From NCBI GenBank assembly GCA_964484135.1, contig CAZAEL010000004.1, positions 19,164-83,163 on the forward strand: DNA of 64,000 nt, read 5' to 3'. A program made the translations under genes and the position numbers. The DNA comes from an uncultured Elusimicrobia bacterium. Lineage in GTDB: Bacteria; Elusimicrobiota; Elusimicrobia; FEN-1173. The notes under the pieces are model-generated. The model had not been told where the DNA came from, searched no databases, and saw nothing but the letters and a program-made list of their open reading frames with translations. Shown here in pieces: positions 22,264 to 32,623 of the stretch (position 1 is the stretch's first letter; each line of letters starts with the position of its first letter).

Positions 22264-24387
22264 ATGAACCCCGTTTCCCCTCCGCTCCCACAGGAACGCC
22301 TGCCCTTCTGCGAAAGCCTCTTCGCGTACAAGCGCCGCCGGACCCGCGTGGTCATGGTGGGCGACGTGGCCGTGGGCGGCGACAACCCCTTGCGGCTCCA
22401 ATCCATGACCACCACGCGGACCTCCGACACCGAGGCCACCGTGGCCCAGGCCGTCCGCCTGGTCCGGGCCGGGTGCGAGATCGTGCGCATCACCGCGCCC
22501 ACGGAGCTGGACGCCAGGAACCTCAAGAACATCCGGGCGGGCCTCCTGGCCCAGGGGATCCGGGTCCCGTTGGTGGCGGACATCCATTTCCGGCCCGAGG
22601 CCGCCCTGGAGGCGGCCGAGCACGTGGAGAAAGTCCGCGTCAACCCGGGCAACTTCGCGGACGCCAAGTCCTTCAAGGTCAAGGAGTACACGGACCGGGA
22701 GTACGACGAGGAGTTGGAAAAGATCGAAGAGCGCTTCACCCCGCTCGTGCTCAAGCTGAAGCGCCTGGGACGGGCTCTCCGCATCGGCACCAACCACGGC
22801 TCCCTGTCCGACCGCATCATGAACCGGTACGGCGACACGCCGGAGGGCATGGTGGAGTCGGCCCTGGAGTTCGTGCGGATCTGCGAAAAGAACGGGTACC
22901 GCGACGTCATCCTGTCCATGAAGGCCTCCAACCCCAAGGTCATGATCGCGGCGTACCGGCTCCTGGCGGCGCGCATGGCCCGGGAGAACATGGACTATCC
23001 TTTCCATTTGGGCGTGACCGAGGCAGGCGACGGAGAGGACGGCCGCATCAAGTCCGCCATCGGCATCGGGAGCCTGCTGGAGGACGGCATCGGGGACACC
23101 ATCCGGGTCTCCCTCACGGAGGAGCCGGAGTTCGAGATCCCCGTGGCGAAACGTTTGGCGGAGCGGTTCAACGCGAAGAGCGTTCCACGTTCTACGTTCC
23201 ATGTTCCGAGTCAAAGTCCAAACCGGGACGGATCTAGAACTCGGGACTCGGAACTCGGAACCGCCCTTCAACACACCGAGAACTTCTACCACTACGCCCG
23301 CCGCGCGACCCGGGAAACGGCCGTCGGCCCCATCCGCCTGGGCGGGGAGCAGACGGTGCGGGTGGTCAACGACGTTTCCCGCCTGGGCCTTTCGCCGGAC
23401 CGGCTCCTCGCGGTCCTGGAAAAACAGCTCAAGTCCTCCCAGAACATCCCGCCGGAAATCCTGGCGTGGGACGTGCGCGCGCCGCGGGACGGCGAGGCCT
23501 TCCGGGACTTCCGGGAAGCGCTCCGGCCCCACACCGGGCGGCTGGCGTACCTGGCCCGGGTCGCGGGGCCCTGGGACTTGCACGACGCCCTCTGGTCCTG
23601 GGCCGACGCGGTCTGCCTGACGGTCCCCGCCGGTTTCCGGAACGGCCCCCAGGCCTCCCGGGAAAACGCGCTCCGCGCCGCGGGGCAAAGATCCCGCGCC
23701 GAAAACAAAGCCCTGTGGCTGGAGGCCGAAAGCGCCGAAGCCCTTCTCGCCGCGGCGCAGGGGGCCTCCGCCGAAACGCCCCGCGTGGTGCTTTCCCTCT
23801 CCGGGAGCGACCCCTCGCGGCTGATCCACGAATGGCGGCACGTGGCGTCCCAGGCCCGGGTCAAAGACGGCGGGTTCCCCTTCCACCTCAAGCTTTCCCC
23901 GCCGTCCGACGGCGAAGCCTCCGGGGAAGACTTCCTCCTGCGCGCGTCCACCTTCCTCGGCGCCCTGCTCTGCGACGGGCTGGGAGACTCGGTCCAGGTG
24001 GGCCTGGAACGGGACCTGGAACGGGACCTGTCCCTGGCGTATAACATCCTGCAAGGGGCCGGCGTGCGCATCACCAAGACCGAGTACGTGTCCTGCCCCT
24101 CCTGCGGGCGCACGCTGTTCGACCTGCAAAGCACCACGGAACGCATCAAATCCAAGACGAACCACTTGAAAAATGTCAAAATCGCCATCATGGGCTGCAT
24201 CGTGAACGGGCCGGGCGAGATGGCGGACGCGGATTTCGGGTACGTGGGCGGCGGGCCGGGAAAGATCAACCTGTACGTGGGCAAGACCTGCGTGGAAAAG
24301 GGCATCCCCACGGACCTGGCGGACGAAAAGCTCATCGCCCTCATCAAACAACACGGAAAGTGGGTGGATCCCCCTGTCAATGCCTGA
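22264..24387 (+). CDS. ispG: HMBPP synthase IspG, long (insert-domain) type
   Basis: QSMTTT, VADIHF, RVNPGN, RIGTNHGSLS, HLGVTEAG, CPSCGRT and MGCIVNGPGE motifs; about 250-aa central insert. Confidence 0.95.
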   Translation: MNPVSPPLPQERLPFCESLFAYKRRRTRVVMVGDVAVGGDNPLRLQSMTTTRTSDTEATVAQAVRLVRAGCEIVRITAPTELDARNLKNIRAGLLAQGIRVPLVADIHFRPEAALEAAEHVEKVRVNPGNFADAKSFKVKEYTDREYDEELEKIEERFTPLVLKLKRLGRALRIGTNHGSLSDRIMNRYGDTPEGMVESALEFVRICEKNGYRDVILSMKASNPKVMIAAYRLLAARMARENMDYPFHLGVTEAGDGEDGRIKSAIGIGSLLEDGIGDTIRVSLTEEPEFEIPVAKRLAERFNAKSVPRSTFHVPSQSPNRDGSRTRDSELGTALQHTENFYHYARRATRETAVGPIRLGGEQTVRVVNDVSRLGLSPDRLLAVLEKQLKSSQNIPPEILAWDVRAPRDGEAFRDFREALRPHTGRLAYLARVAGPWDLHDALWSWADAVCLTVPAGFRNGPQASRENALRAAGQRSRAENKALWLEAESAEALLAAAQGASAETPRVVLSLSGSDPSRLIHEWRHVASQARVKDGGFPFHLKLSPPSDGEASGEDFLLRASTFLGALLCDGLGDSVQVGLERDLERDLSLAYNILQGAGVRITKTEYVSCPSCGRTLFDLQSTTERIKSKTNHLKNVKIAIMGCIVNGPGEMADADFGYVGGGPGKINLYVGKTCVEKGIPTDLADEKLIALIKQHGKWVDPPVNA
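23181..23263. repeat. Heptamer-repeat palindromic element inside ispG, in frame
   Basis: CGTTCCA CGTTCTA CGTTCCA TGTTCCG ... TAGAAC TCGGGAC TCGGAAC TCGGAAC; translated as VPRSTFHVPSQSPNRDGSRTRDSELGT. Confidence 0.75.
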
Positions 24388-25528
24388 GACGACCAACTTC
24401 CTGAGCGCCAACCGGCAGCTCCTGTTCCGCCTTTTCTTCTTCGGCGTCTTCCTGTATTTGCTCTATCAGTTCAGCCGGATCTTCTCGCCCTTCGTGACGC
24501 CGCTCCTGGCCGCCACCACCCTGGCGCTCATCTTCTCCCCCATCCACGCCGGCATCCAGAAAAGGCTGAAGGAGCGGGCCAACCTGGCCGCGGCCCTGAG
24601 CACGGTCCTCATCCTCGTGATCGTGATCCTGCCCGTGATCCTGCTGGCCTGGCTGCTCATCAAGGAATCCGCCGTGGTCTATCCCTGGGCCCAGCAGTGG
24701 ATGCAGTCCCTCAAGGACAACCCGGAAGGGTCCCTGGGCGCCAACCTGCCGCCCTCGGCGCGGCTGGTGTGGGACAAGCTCGACCGGTTCTTCTCCGCCT
24801 GGCAGATCGACCCGCAGGAAATCTTCCTCAAGAACCTGGACCAGATCGGCAAGAAAATCTCCGCCTTCGGCACCCGGGTCGTCCGGAACACCTTCTTCCT
24901 GGTGTTCGACGTCATGGTGACGGCCTTCGCCCTGTTCTTCTTCTTCCGGGACGGCGCCAAGACCATGCGCAAGGTGATGGACCTGGTCCCCATGGAGCGT
25001 TCCCACAAAGACCTGGTCCTTGCCCGCCTCAACAAGACATTGTCCGCCGTGGTGCGGGGCGTGTTCATCACCGCGTCGGTCCAGGGCCTTTTGGCCGGGA
25101 TCGGGTTCGCCGTGGCGGGCGTGCGGTTTTCCGTCCTGCTCGGTTTCGCGACCGCGTTCCTGGCCTTGATCCCCTTCGTGGGCGCCACCTCGGTCTGGCT
25201 GCCGGTCAGCCTCTACCTCTTCTTCCTGAAGGGCGCCGCGGTCAAGGGGGTCCTGCTCTTCCTCTGGGGCGCCCTGGTGGTGAGCCTGGCGGACAACTTC
25301 CTGCGGCCCATCCTGATCGGGGAACAGGCCAAGCTTCCGGTCTTCCTGCTTTTCTTCGGCATCCTGGGTGGGCTCCAGGTGTACGGCTTCATCGGCATCC
25401 TCATGGGCCCGCTCATGATCGCGTCGGTCCTCGCCTTCGCCAAGATCTACCGGGAACAGTTCCAGCAAAAGCCTCCCCCGGCGAAAAACGGCGCGCCCCC
25501 GCCGGCGCCGGTCCCCCCGCCCGTCTGA
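24380..25528 (+). CDS. AI-2E family transporter
   Basis: FFFFRDG, IPFVG, DNFLRP and FGILGGLQVYGFIGILMGP motifs. Confidence 0.9.
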   Translation: MPETTNFLSANRQLLFRLFFFGVFLYLLYQFSRIFSPFVTPLLAATTLALIFSPIHAGIQKRLKERANLAAALSTVLILVIVILPVILLAWLLIKESAVVYPWAQQWMQSLKDNPEGSLGANLPPSARLVWDKLDRFFSAWQIDPQEIFLKNLDQIGKKISAFGTRVVRNTFFLVFDVMVTAFALFFFFRDGAKTMRKVMDLVPMERSHKDLVLARLNKTLSAVVRGVFITASVQGLLAGIGFAVAGVRFSVLLGFATAFLALIPFVGATSVWLPVSLYLFFLKGAAVKGVLLFLWGALVVSLADNFLRPILIGEQAKLPVFLLFFGILGGLQVYGFIGILMGPLMIASVLAFAKIYREQFQQKPPPAKNGAPPPAPVPPPV

Positions 25529-26385
25529 AACCCCCGGCCCCTTTCCAGACCCTTTCCTCGCGCAGGCATCCCGAGGCGCAGCGGCTGCGGGATGTCCGGG
25601 ACGGACGGGACAAGTCGCGCCTTTTCATCGAAGGGCTGAAGCTGGCGGAGGAGGCCCTTTCCAGCGGAGCGGCGGTCCGGCAATTTTTCTTTGCCCGCTC
25701 CCTGGAGACGTCCGCGGCCGGAGCCGCCCTCCTGCGGAGCCTCGGCGACCTCGGCGTCCCCGGTTTCGTCCTGGACGACCAGGTCATGGGTTTCGTGTCG
25801 GACCTGGAGACCCCGCCGGGGCTGATCCTCCTGGCGGACCGGCCGGCCCGGGATTTCGCGGCCTTGCTGCGGGCGCGGCCCGATCCCCTCTTCGTGGCGT
25901 TGGACGCCCTTCAGCTCCCCAGCAACGTGGGCGCGGTGGTGCGGACCGCGGAGGCGGCGGGCGCCCACGGCGTGTTCCAGGCGCCGGGCGGCGCGGACCC
26001 CCTGGGTCCCAAGGCGCTCCGCGCCTCCGCGGGCAGCGCCTTCCGCCTGCCGGTCCTGACCGGAAAGCCCTTTGCGGAAATGGCGGAGGAGATGGCCGGA
26101 GCGGGGTTGCGGTGCGTCCTGGCGGACCCCAGGGGAGACATCCTCCACACGGAATGGGACTGGCGGCCGGGGACCGCCCTGTTCCTGGGCGCGGAAGCGC
26201 GGGGGACCTCCTCCCTGGAACAACGCCGGCCCGACCTCCCCCGCGTGCGCATCCCCCTCCTGGCGCCGGTGGAGTCCCTCAACGTGGCCGTTTGCGCGGG
26301 CGTCCTCCTCTACGAGGCGCAACGGCAGAGGGCCGTCAAAGAAAACCCGAAGGAGCCGAAACGGCGTGGTCGAAACCGGTCTTGA
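25525..26385 (+). CDS. TrmH/SpoU family RNA methyltransferase
   Basis: LFIEG.KL, SNVGAVVRTAEAAG, ALRASAG, FLGAEARG and VESLNVAV motifs; start uncertain (possibly CTG 25525). Confidence 0.88.
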   Translation: MKPPAPFQTLSSRRHPEAQRLRDVRDGRDKSRLFIEGLKLAEEALSSGAAVRQFFFARSLETSAAGAALLRSLGDLGVPGFVLDDQVMGFVSDLETPPGLILLADRPARDFAALLRARPDPLFVALDALQLPSNVGAVVRTAEAAGAHGVFQAPGGADPLGPKALRASAGSAFRLPVLTGKPFAEMAEEMAGAGLRCVLADPRGDILHTEWDWRPGTALFLGAEARGTSSLEQRRPDLPRVRIPLLAPVESLNVAVCAGVLLYEAQRQRAVKENPKEPKRRGRNRS

Positions 26386-27532
26386 CGTTTTCCTGGGAAC
26401 CAGGGGCGGGCAGTGGCGCGGCAAGCGGCTGGGCGCCATCCTGCACCAGGCGTCGGTCACGCGCGGCCTGCGGCCCGCGCTGGAGGCGCTGACCCGCGTC
26501 CCCGGCCTCCGGCTCACGGCCCTGTTCGCGCCGGAGCACGGGCTGGCCGGGACCCTCCAGGACCAGATCCCGGTGAGGGAAACGCGCGACCCCTTCACGG
26601 GCCTGACGGTCCACAGCCTGTACGGCCCCCGCCTGTCGCCGGTGGAAACCGCGCTTCAGGACGTGGACGTCCTGCTGTTCGACCTCCAGGACATCGGGGT
26701 GCGGTACTACACCTTCATCTGGACCCTGGCCCTGGCCATGCGGGCCGCGGCCAAGGCCGGGATCCCCCTCGTGGTCCTGGACCGGCCCAACCCCCTGGGC
26801 GGGGTCCTCATGGAAGGGAACGTCTTGGACCCGGCCTTCGCCTCCTTCGTGGGCCTCCACCCCCTGCCGGTCCGCCACGGTATGACCTGCGGCGAGCTGG
26901 CCCTCTATTTCAACCGGACCTTCGGCCTGAACTGCGACGCGCGCGTGGTCAGGATGCGCGGCTGGCGCAGGGCCTTCTGGCACGACCGGACGGGCCTCCC
27001 CTGGGTCCCGCCCTCGCCCAACATGCCGGCCCCGGACACGGCCGCGGTGTACGCGGGGACCTGCCTCGTGGAGGGGACCAACCTGTCCGAAGGGCGCGGC
27101 ACCACACGCCCTTTCGAGACCGTGGGGGCCCCCTTCGTCAACCCCCACGTGCTGGCCAGGGAACTCAACGCCCGGCGGCTCCCCGGCGTGGTCTTCCGCC
27201 CCTGCTCGTTCCAGCCCACCTTCCACAAATGGTCCGGCGAAAGCTGCCACGGCGTGTACATCCACGTGACGGACCGGCTCCGCTTCCGCCCCTATTTCAC
27301 GGGGCTGGTCCTGCTGCAGACCGTGAGGCGCCTCCATCCCAGGGACTTCGCCTGGCGCAAGCCGCCCTATGAATACGAAACCCGCAAGATGCCCATCGAC
27401 ATCCTCTGCGGGACCGACGCGGTCCGGCACGCGATCGAGGACGGGGCCGACCTCGGGAAGCTGGCGGCAGGCTGGGAGCCCGCGCTCCGCTCTTTCCGGA
27501 AGGCAAGGGCCCCCTTCCTTTTGTACCGCTGA
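26366..27532 (+). CDS. DUF1343 family exo-beta-N-acetylmuramidase (NamZ/YbbC-like)
   Basis: ALFAPEHG, FDLQDIGVRYYTF, VLDRPNP, RHGMT.GE, PSPNMP and SEGRGTTRPFE motifs; AAGGAG plus GTG 26366. Confidence 0.9.
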   Translation: MVETGLDVFLGTRGGQWRGKRLGAILHQASVTRGLRPALEALTRVPGLRLTALFAPEHGLAGTLQDQIPVRETRDPFTGLTVHSLYGPRLSPVETALQDVDVLLFDLQDIGVRYYTFIWTLALAMRAAAKAGIPLVVLDRPNPLGGVLMEGNVLDPAFASFVGLHPLPVRHGMTCGELALYFNRTFGLNCDARVVRMRGWRRAFWHDRTGLPWVPPSPNMPAPDTAAVYAGTCLVEGTNLSEGRGTTRPFETVGAPFVNPHVLARELNARRLPGVVFRPCSFQPTFHKWSGESCHGVYIHVTDRLRFRPYFTGLVLLQTVRRLHPRDFAWRKPPYEYETRKMPIDILCGTDAVRHAIEDGADLGKLAAGWEPALRSFRKARAPFLLYR

Positions 27533-27535
27533 CGC

Positions 27536-27564
27536 TTCGACCCCCCTCCCCGGTTTTGTATAAT
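27536..27564 (+). promoter_or_regulatory. sigma70 promoter of GAF-ANTAR/nadE operon
   Basis: TTCGAC, 17 nt, TATAAT; AAGGAG RBS downstream. Confidence 0.6.
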
Positions 27565-27607
27565 CGTTGTCCTAAGGGCTTCCCCCAAAACAAGGAGATT
27601 CCATCCC

Positions 27608-28840
27608 ATGCCACGCGCCAAACCCGCTGACGGCTCCCTGACCCCCGCGGAGGAGCTGGACCTGCTGCACAAGATCACGGACATCATCGGGTCCACCCTG
27701 GACCTCAAGACCATCCTGCAGGAGATCGTCTCCCTGGTGAGCCGGATGACCAAGGCCGACGCCTGCTTCCTGTACCTGCACGAGCCCTCCCAGCAGAGCC
27801 TGGTGCTCTCCGCCTCCAAGACGCCTCACCCGGGGGAGATCGGCTCCCTCCGGCTGAAGCTCGGGGAAGGCATCACCGGCTGGGTGGCCCAGAACCGCAA
27901 GCCCCTGGCCGTTCCGGAACGGGCCCACGAGGACCCGCGCTTCAAGTTCTTCCAGAACCTGCCCGAGGACAGGTACGAGGCCTTCCTGTCCGTGCCCATC
28001 CTGGCGAAGGACAAAGTCATCGGCGTGATCAACGTCCAGCACCGCAAGCCCTACGCCCACAGCGAGCGGGCCGTGAAGCTCCTGACCACCATCGCCCAGC
28101 AGGTGGGCGGCGCCATCGAGAACGCGCGGCTCTACGAGGAGACCAAGCGCAAGGCCCAGGCCATCCAGACCCTTTCCGCCGTGTCCCACACCGTGGCGTC
28201 GGACCGGTATCCCCAGGAGGTCCTGCAGTTGATCGTGTCCATGACGGCGTCCCTGCTGGGGTCCAAGATCTGCTCCGTCATGCTGCTGGACGACGACGGG
28301 AAGGAACTGCACATCGCCGCCACCCAGTCCCTGTCCGAGGCGTACCGCAACAAGCCCCCCATCAAGGTGGGCCAGAGCATCTCCGGCCTGGCCGTCCAGC
28401 AGAAGGCCCCCATCACGGTCCCGGACGTGCGCAAGGACAAGCGGTTCTTCGCGCCGGACATCGCCGCGGCCGAGGGGCTGGTGTCACTCCTTTCCGTCCC
28501 CATGCTTTTCAAGGACAAGGCCGTCGGCGTGATCAACACCTACACCGCGCACGAGCACGCCTTCAGCAAGGAGGACATCGCGGTCCTCCAGGCCGTGGCC
28601 AACCAGTGCGCCTCGGCCATCGTCCACACGCGCCTGCTCTCCGAGAAGCTGGCGGCCCAGGAGGCCCTGGAAACGCGCAAGCTGGTGGAACGGGCCAAGG
28701 GCGTGCTGATGAAGACCCGCGGGCTCTCCGAGCCGGAGGCCTTCCGGGAAATCCAAAAACAGAGCATGGACCGGCGCAAGACCATGAAGGAAATCGCCGA
28801 AGCCGTGCTGCTCGCCGCGGAACTGGGTGAAAAAAAATAA
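27608..28840 (+). CDS. One-component GAF-GAF-ANTAR RNA-binding antiterminator
   Basis: Two GAF domains (GEGITGWVAQ...EAFLSVPI...VIGVINVQ; GQSISGLAV...SLLSVPM...AVGVINTY) and a C-terminal ANTAR (LETRKLVERAKGVLM...GLSEPEAFREIQKQSMDRRKTMKEIAEAVL); no receiver domain. Confidence 0.92.
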   Translation: MPRAKPADGSLTPAEELDLLHKITDIIGSTLDLKTILQEIVSLVSRMTKADACFLYLHEPSQQSLVLSASKTPHPGEIGSLRLKLGEGITGWVAQNRKPLAVPERAHEDPRFKFFQNLPEDRYEAFLSVPILAKDKVIGVINVQHRKPYAHSERAVKLLTTIAQQVGGAIENARLYEETKRKAQAIQTLSAVSHTVASDRYPQEVLQLIVSMTASLLGSKICSVMLLDDDGKELHIAATQSLSEAYRNKPPIKVGQSISGLAVQQKAPITVPDVRKDKRFFAPDIAAAEGLVSLLSVPMLFKDKAVGVINTYTAHEHAFSKEDIAVLQAVANQCASAIVHTRLLSEKLAAQEALETRKLVERAKGVLMKTRGLSEPEAFREIQKQSMDRRKTMKEIAEAVLLAAELGEKK

Positions 28841-28846
28841 AAAACC

Positions 28847-28919
28847 GTGCTTCTGTGCTGCAGTGCTTCCGTTGAAAGCATTGAACCGCAGGACCGCAGC
28901 ACCCCCGCACGGCAGCACT
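28847..28919. repeat. Octamer-repeat palindromic element, copy 1
   Basis: GTGCTTCT GTGCTGCA GTGCTTCC ... GCAGGACC GCAGCACC CCCGCACG GCAGCACT. Confidence 0.75.
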
Positions 28920-28924
28920 TATCT

Positions 28925-30613
28925 ATGATCCGCCTGTCCCTCGCCCAGATCAACAGCACCGTCGGCGACCTGCCCGGCAATTTGGAGAAGGTCCTGGACC
29001 ACGCCCGGCGCGCCCGCGAAGAGGGGGCCGACCTGGTCCTCTTCCCGGAGCTCTGCCTGAGCGGGTACCCCCCGGAAGACCTCCTGCTGCAGCCCCGCTT
29101 CACGGCCGACAACGCCGCCGCCCTGGAAAAGGCGGCCAAAACCCTTCCGCGCGGCCTCGCCGCGCTCGTGGGCTTCGCCGAGGGCGCCCCGGGCCGGCTC
29201 TACAACGCCGCCGCCCTGGTCCTGGACGGGCGGGTGCGGGCCGTGTACCGCAAACAGCGCCTGCCCAACTACGGCGTCTTCGACGAACAACGCTACTTCG
29301 TCGCCGGGCGAAAGCCCCTGCTGTTCCGGGTCCGGGACGTCACGGCCGGCGTCACCGTCTGCGAAGACATCTGGGTCCCCCGCGGCCCGGCCCTGCAGGC
29401 GGCCCGGGCGGGCGCCCGCCTCGTCCTCAACCTGTCCGCCAGCCCGTACCACGCGGGCAAAAGCTCGGAGCGCCTGAAAACGCTGAAAGACCGCGTGCGG
29501 GAGACGGGCGCGGCCTTCGCGTACTGCAACGCGGTGGGCGGGCAGGACGAGCTGGTGTTCGACGGCGGCAGCCTGGTCCTGGACGGCCGGAACCGCCTCC
29601 TGGCGCGGGCGCCCCAGTTCGAGGAGGCCCTCCTCACCGTGGACCTGGACCTTCCGGCCGCGCGCAAGCCGCCGCGGGGGGCGCTGGCCCTTTCCCTGCC
29701 CGCCGCCCCTCCCGCGCCCCTTTCGCCTCCTTCGCGGACGTCCGCGCTCCGCGCGGAGCCGCTTCCGGAGCTGGAAGAAATATACACCGCCCTGGTCACG
29801 GGCACCCGGGACTATCTGCGCAAGAACGGATTCCAAAAAGCGGTGATCGGCCTGTCCGGCGGCATTGACTCCTCGCTGGTGGCCTGCGTGGCCGCGGACG
29901 CCCTGGGGAAAGACAACGTGACCGGGGTCACGCTCCCCTCGAAATTCAACTCCACGGAGACCCGCTCGGACGCCCGGCTCCTGGCCGAAAACCTGGGGAT
30001 CGCGTTCCACAGCGTGCCCATCCAGGGGATCGTGGACGAATGCCTGAAGGCCCTGAAACCCCTCTTCGGGGACAGGCCCCCCGACATCGCCGAAGAAAAC
30101 CTGCAGGCCCGCGTGCGGGGGCTGCTCCTCATGGCCCTGTCCAACAAGTTCGGCTGGATGGTGCTGACCACGGGGAACAAGTCCGAGACCTCCGTCGGGT
30201 ACTGCACCCTGTACGGCGACACCGCCGGCGGGTTCGCCGTGATCAAGGACATCCCCAAGACCCTGGTGTACCGGCTCTGCGAATGGCGCAACGAAAAGGC
30301 CGCGCGGGCGCCGATCCCCCGGAGCGTCTTCGACCGTCCGCCCACGGCCGAACTCCGGCCCCACCAGACGGACCAGGACTCCCTGCCGCCCTACGACCTC
30401 CTGGACCGGATCATCGCCTTGTACGTGGAACAGGACAGGGATCTTTCGGACATCGCCAAGCGCGGCGTGCCCCCGGAGACCGCGGCCAGGACGCTGCGGC
30501 TCATCGACGCCAGCGAACACAAGCGCCGCCAGGCCCCGCCGGGCGTCAAGATCACGCCCCGGGCCTTCGGCCGCGACCGCCGCATGCCGCTCACCAATAA
30601 ATACAAAGGATAG
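28925..30613 (+). CDS. nadE: Glutamine-dependent NAD+ synthetase
   Basis: Nitrilase-like domain with E-K-C triad (FPEL, YRKQ, VCEDIW) plus synthetase motifs GLSGGIDSS, ENLQARVRG, TTGNKSE and PPTAELRP.Q.D.DSLP; start MIRLS 28925. Confidence 0.95.
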   Translation: MIRLSLAQINSTVGDLPGNLEKVLDHARRAREEGADLVLFPELCLSGYPPEDLLLQPRFTADNAAALEKAAKTLPRGLAALVGFAEGAPGRLYNAAALVLDGRVRAVYRKQRLPNYGVFDEQRYFVAGRKPLLFRVRDVTAGVTVCEDIWVPRGPALQAARAGARLVLNLSASPYHAGKSSERLKTLKDRVRETGAAFAYCNAVGGQDELVFDGGSLVLDGRNRLLARAPQFEEALLTVDLDLPAARKPPRGALALSLPAAPPAPLSPPSRTSALRAEPLPELEEIYTALVTGTRDYLRKNGFQKAVIGLSGGIDSSLVACVAADALGKDNVTGVTLPSKFNSTETRSDARLLAENLGIAFHSVPIQGIVDECLKALKPLFGDRPPDIAEENLQARVRGLLLMALSNKFGWMVLTTGNKSETSVGYCTLYGDTAGGFAVIKDIPKTLVYRLCEWRNEKAARAPIPRSVFDRPPTAELRPHQTDQDSLPPYDLLDRIIALYVEQDRDLSDIAKRGVPPETAARTLRLIDASEHKRRQAPPGVKITPRAFGRDRRMPLTNKYKG

Positions 30614-30708
30614 TGCTGCCGTGCTTCCGTACCGCGGTTCCGCAGTTAAAAACATGAACGCGCAAACTCTTTTGCGGCAGCACCGCAGCACCCCCGCACT
30701 GAAGCACC
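30613..30708. repeat. Octamer-repeat palindromic element, copy 2
   Basis: GTGCTGCC GTGCTTCC GTACCGCG GTTCCGCA ... GCAGCACC GCAGCACC CCCGCACT GAAGCACC. Confidence 0.75.
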
Positions 30709-30715
30709 CCTGAGC

Positions 30716-31531
30716 ATGCCCTCAAGACCTCTGGGTGGTAAAACCATTTTGATTACGGGCGCCTCCTCCGGCATCGGCCGGGCCGCGGCCCTGCTCCTGG
30801 CCCGGGAAGGCGCGCTCCTGGCCCTGGCGGCCCGCCGGGTGGCCCTCTTGGAAAGCCTGGCCCGCGAGATCCAAAGCCGACACGGCCAATCCCCCCTGGT
30901 CCTGCCCGCGGACGTGTCCCGCCCGTCGGACATCGCCTCCATGATCAAAAAGACCCGCGACCATTTCGGCCGGCTGGACGTGCTGATCAACAACGCGGGC
31001 GTGCTCTTCATGGAGCCTTTCCTGACCATGCCCGTGGAAACCATGCAGAAGATCATGGACACGAATTTCTGGTCCATCGTCCACGCCGTGCGCGAAGCCG
31101 CGCCGTACATGACCAGGCAGGGCGGCGGCCACGTCGTGAACGTGGGGTCCGGGGTGAGCCGGCGGGGCCTGCCGTTCATGGCCGCGTACACCGCCACGAA
31201 GTTCGCCCTGGCCGGCCTGACCGAATCCCTCCGCCTGGAGCTGGGGCCCCAGAACATCCGCTTCACCGCGGTGTACCCCGGCGGCGTGGACACGGAGATG
31301 CCCAACAACCTGGACCGCAGCAAGCTTCCCGTGGGGTACCGGGACCACTCCCGCAGCCGGATTTCGGCCGAACGGGCGGCCCGCGCCATCGTCAGGGCGG
31401 TGCGAAAACAGCCTTTGGAGGTTTACGTGCCCTGGTGGGTCCGCCAGGCGTCCTGGATCAGCGTGCTCATCCCGCGCCTGGCGGATTTTCTGATCAAAAC
31501 CTTCGGCATGCCGAAGGCATTCAAATCATGA
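30716..31531 (+). CDS. SDR family oxidoreductase
   Basis: ITGASSGIG, LINNAG and YTATKFAL (YxxxK) motifs. Confidence 0.92.
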   Translation: MPSRPLGGKTILITGASSGIGRAAALLLAREGALLALAARRVALLESLAREIQSRHGQSPLVLPADVSRPSDIASMIKKTRDHFGRLDVLINNAGVLFMEPFLTMPVETMQKIMDTNFWSIVHAVREAAPYMTRQGGGHVVNVGSGVSRRGLPFMAAYTATKFALAGLTESLRLELGPQNIRFTAVYPGGVDTEMPNNLDRSKLPVGYRDHSRSRISAERAARAIVRAVRKQPLEVYVPWWVRQASWISVLIPRLADFLIKTFGMPKAFKS

Positions 31532-31547
31532 CGAGAAAGGTCCTCTG

Positions 31548-32621
<1,074 letters not shown>

Positions 32622-32623
32622 CC

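Noticed and set aside
27565-27607. Possible autoregulatory ANTAR site before the GAF-ANTAR gene (GTCC-TAA-GGGC)
   Set aside because: Triloop only; no second hairpin or terminator.
28847-30708. Octamer repeats as CRISPR repeats
   Set aside because: Units are 8 nt, contiguous and without unique spacers; no cas genes.
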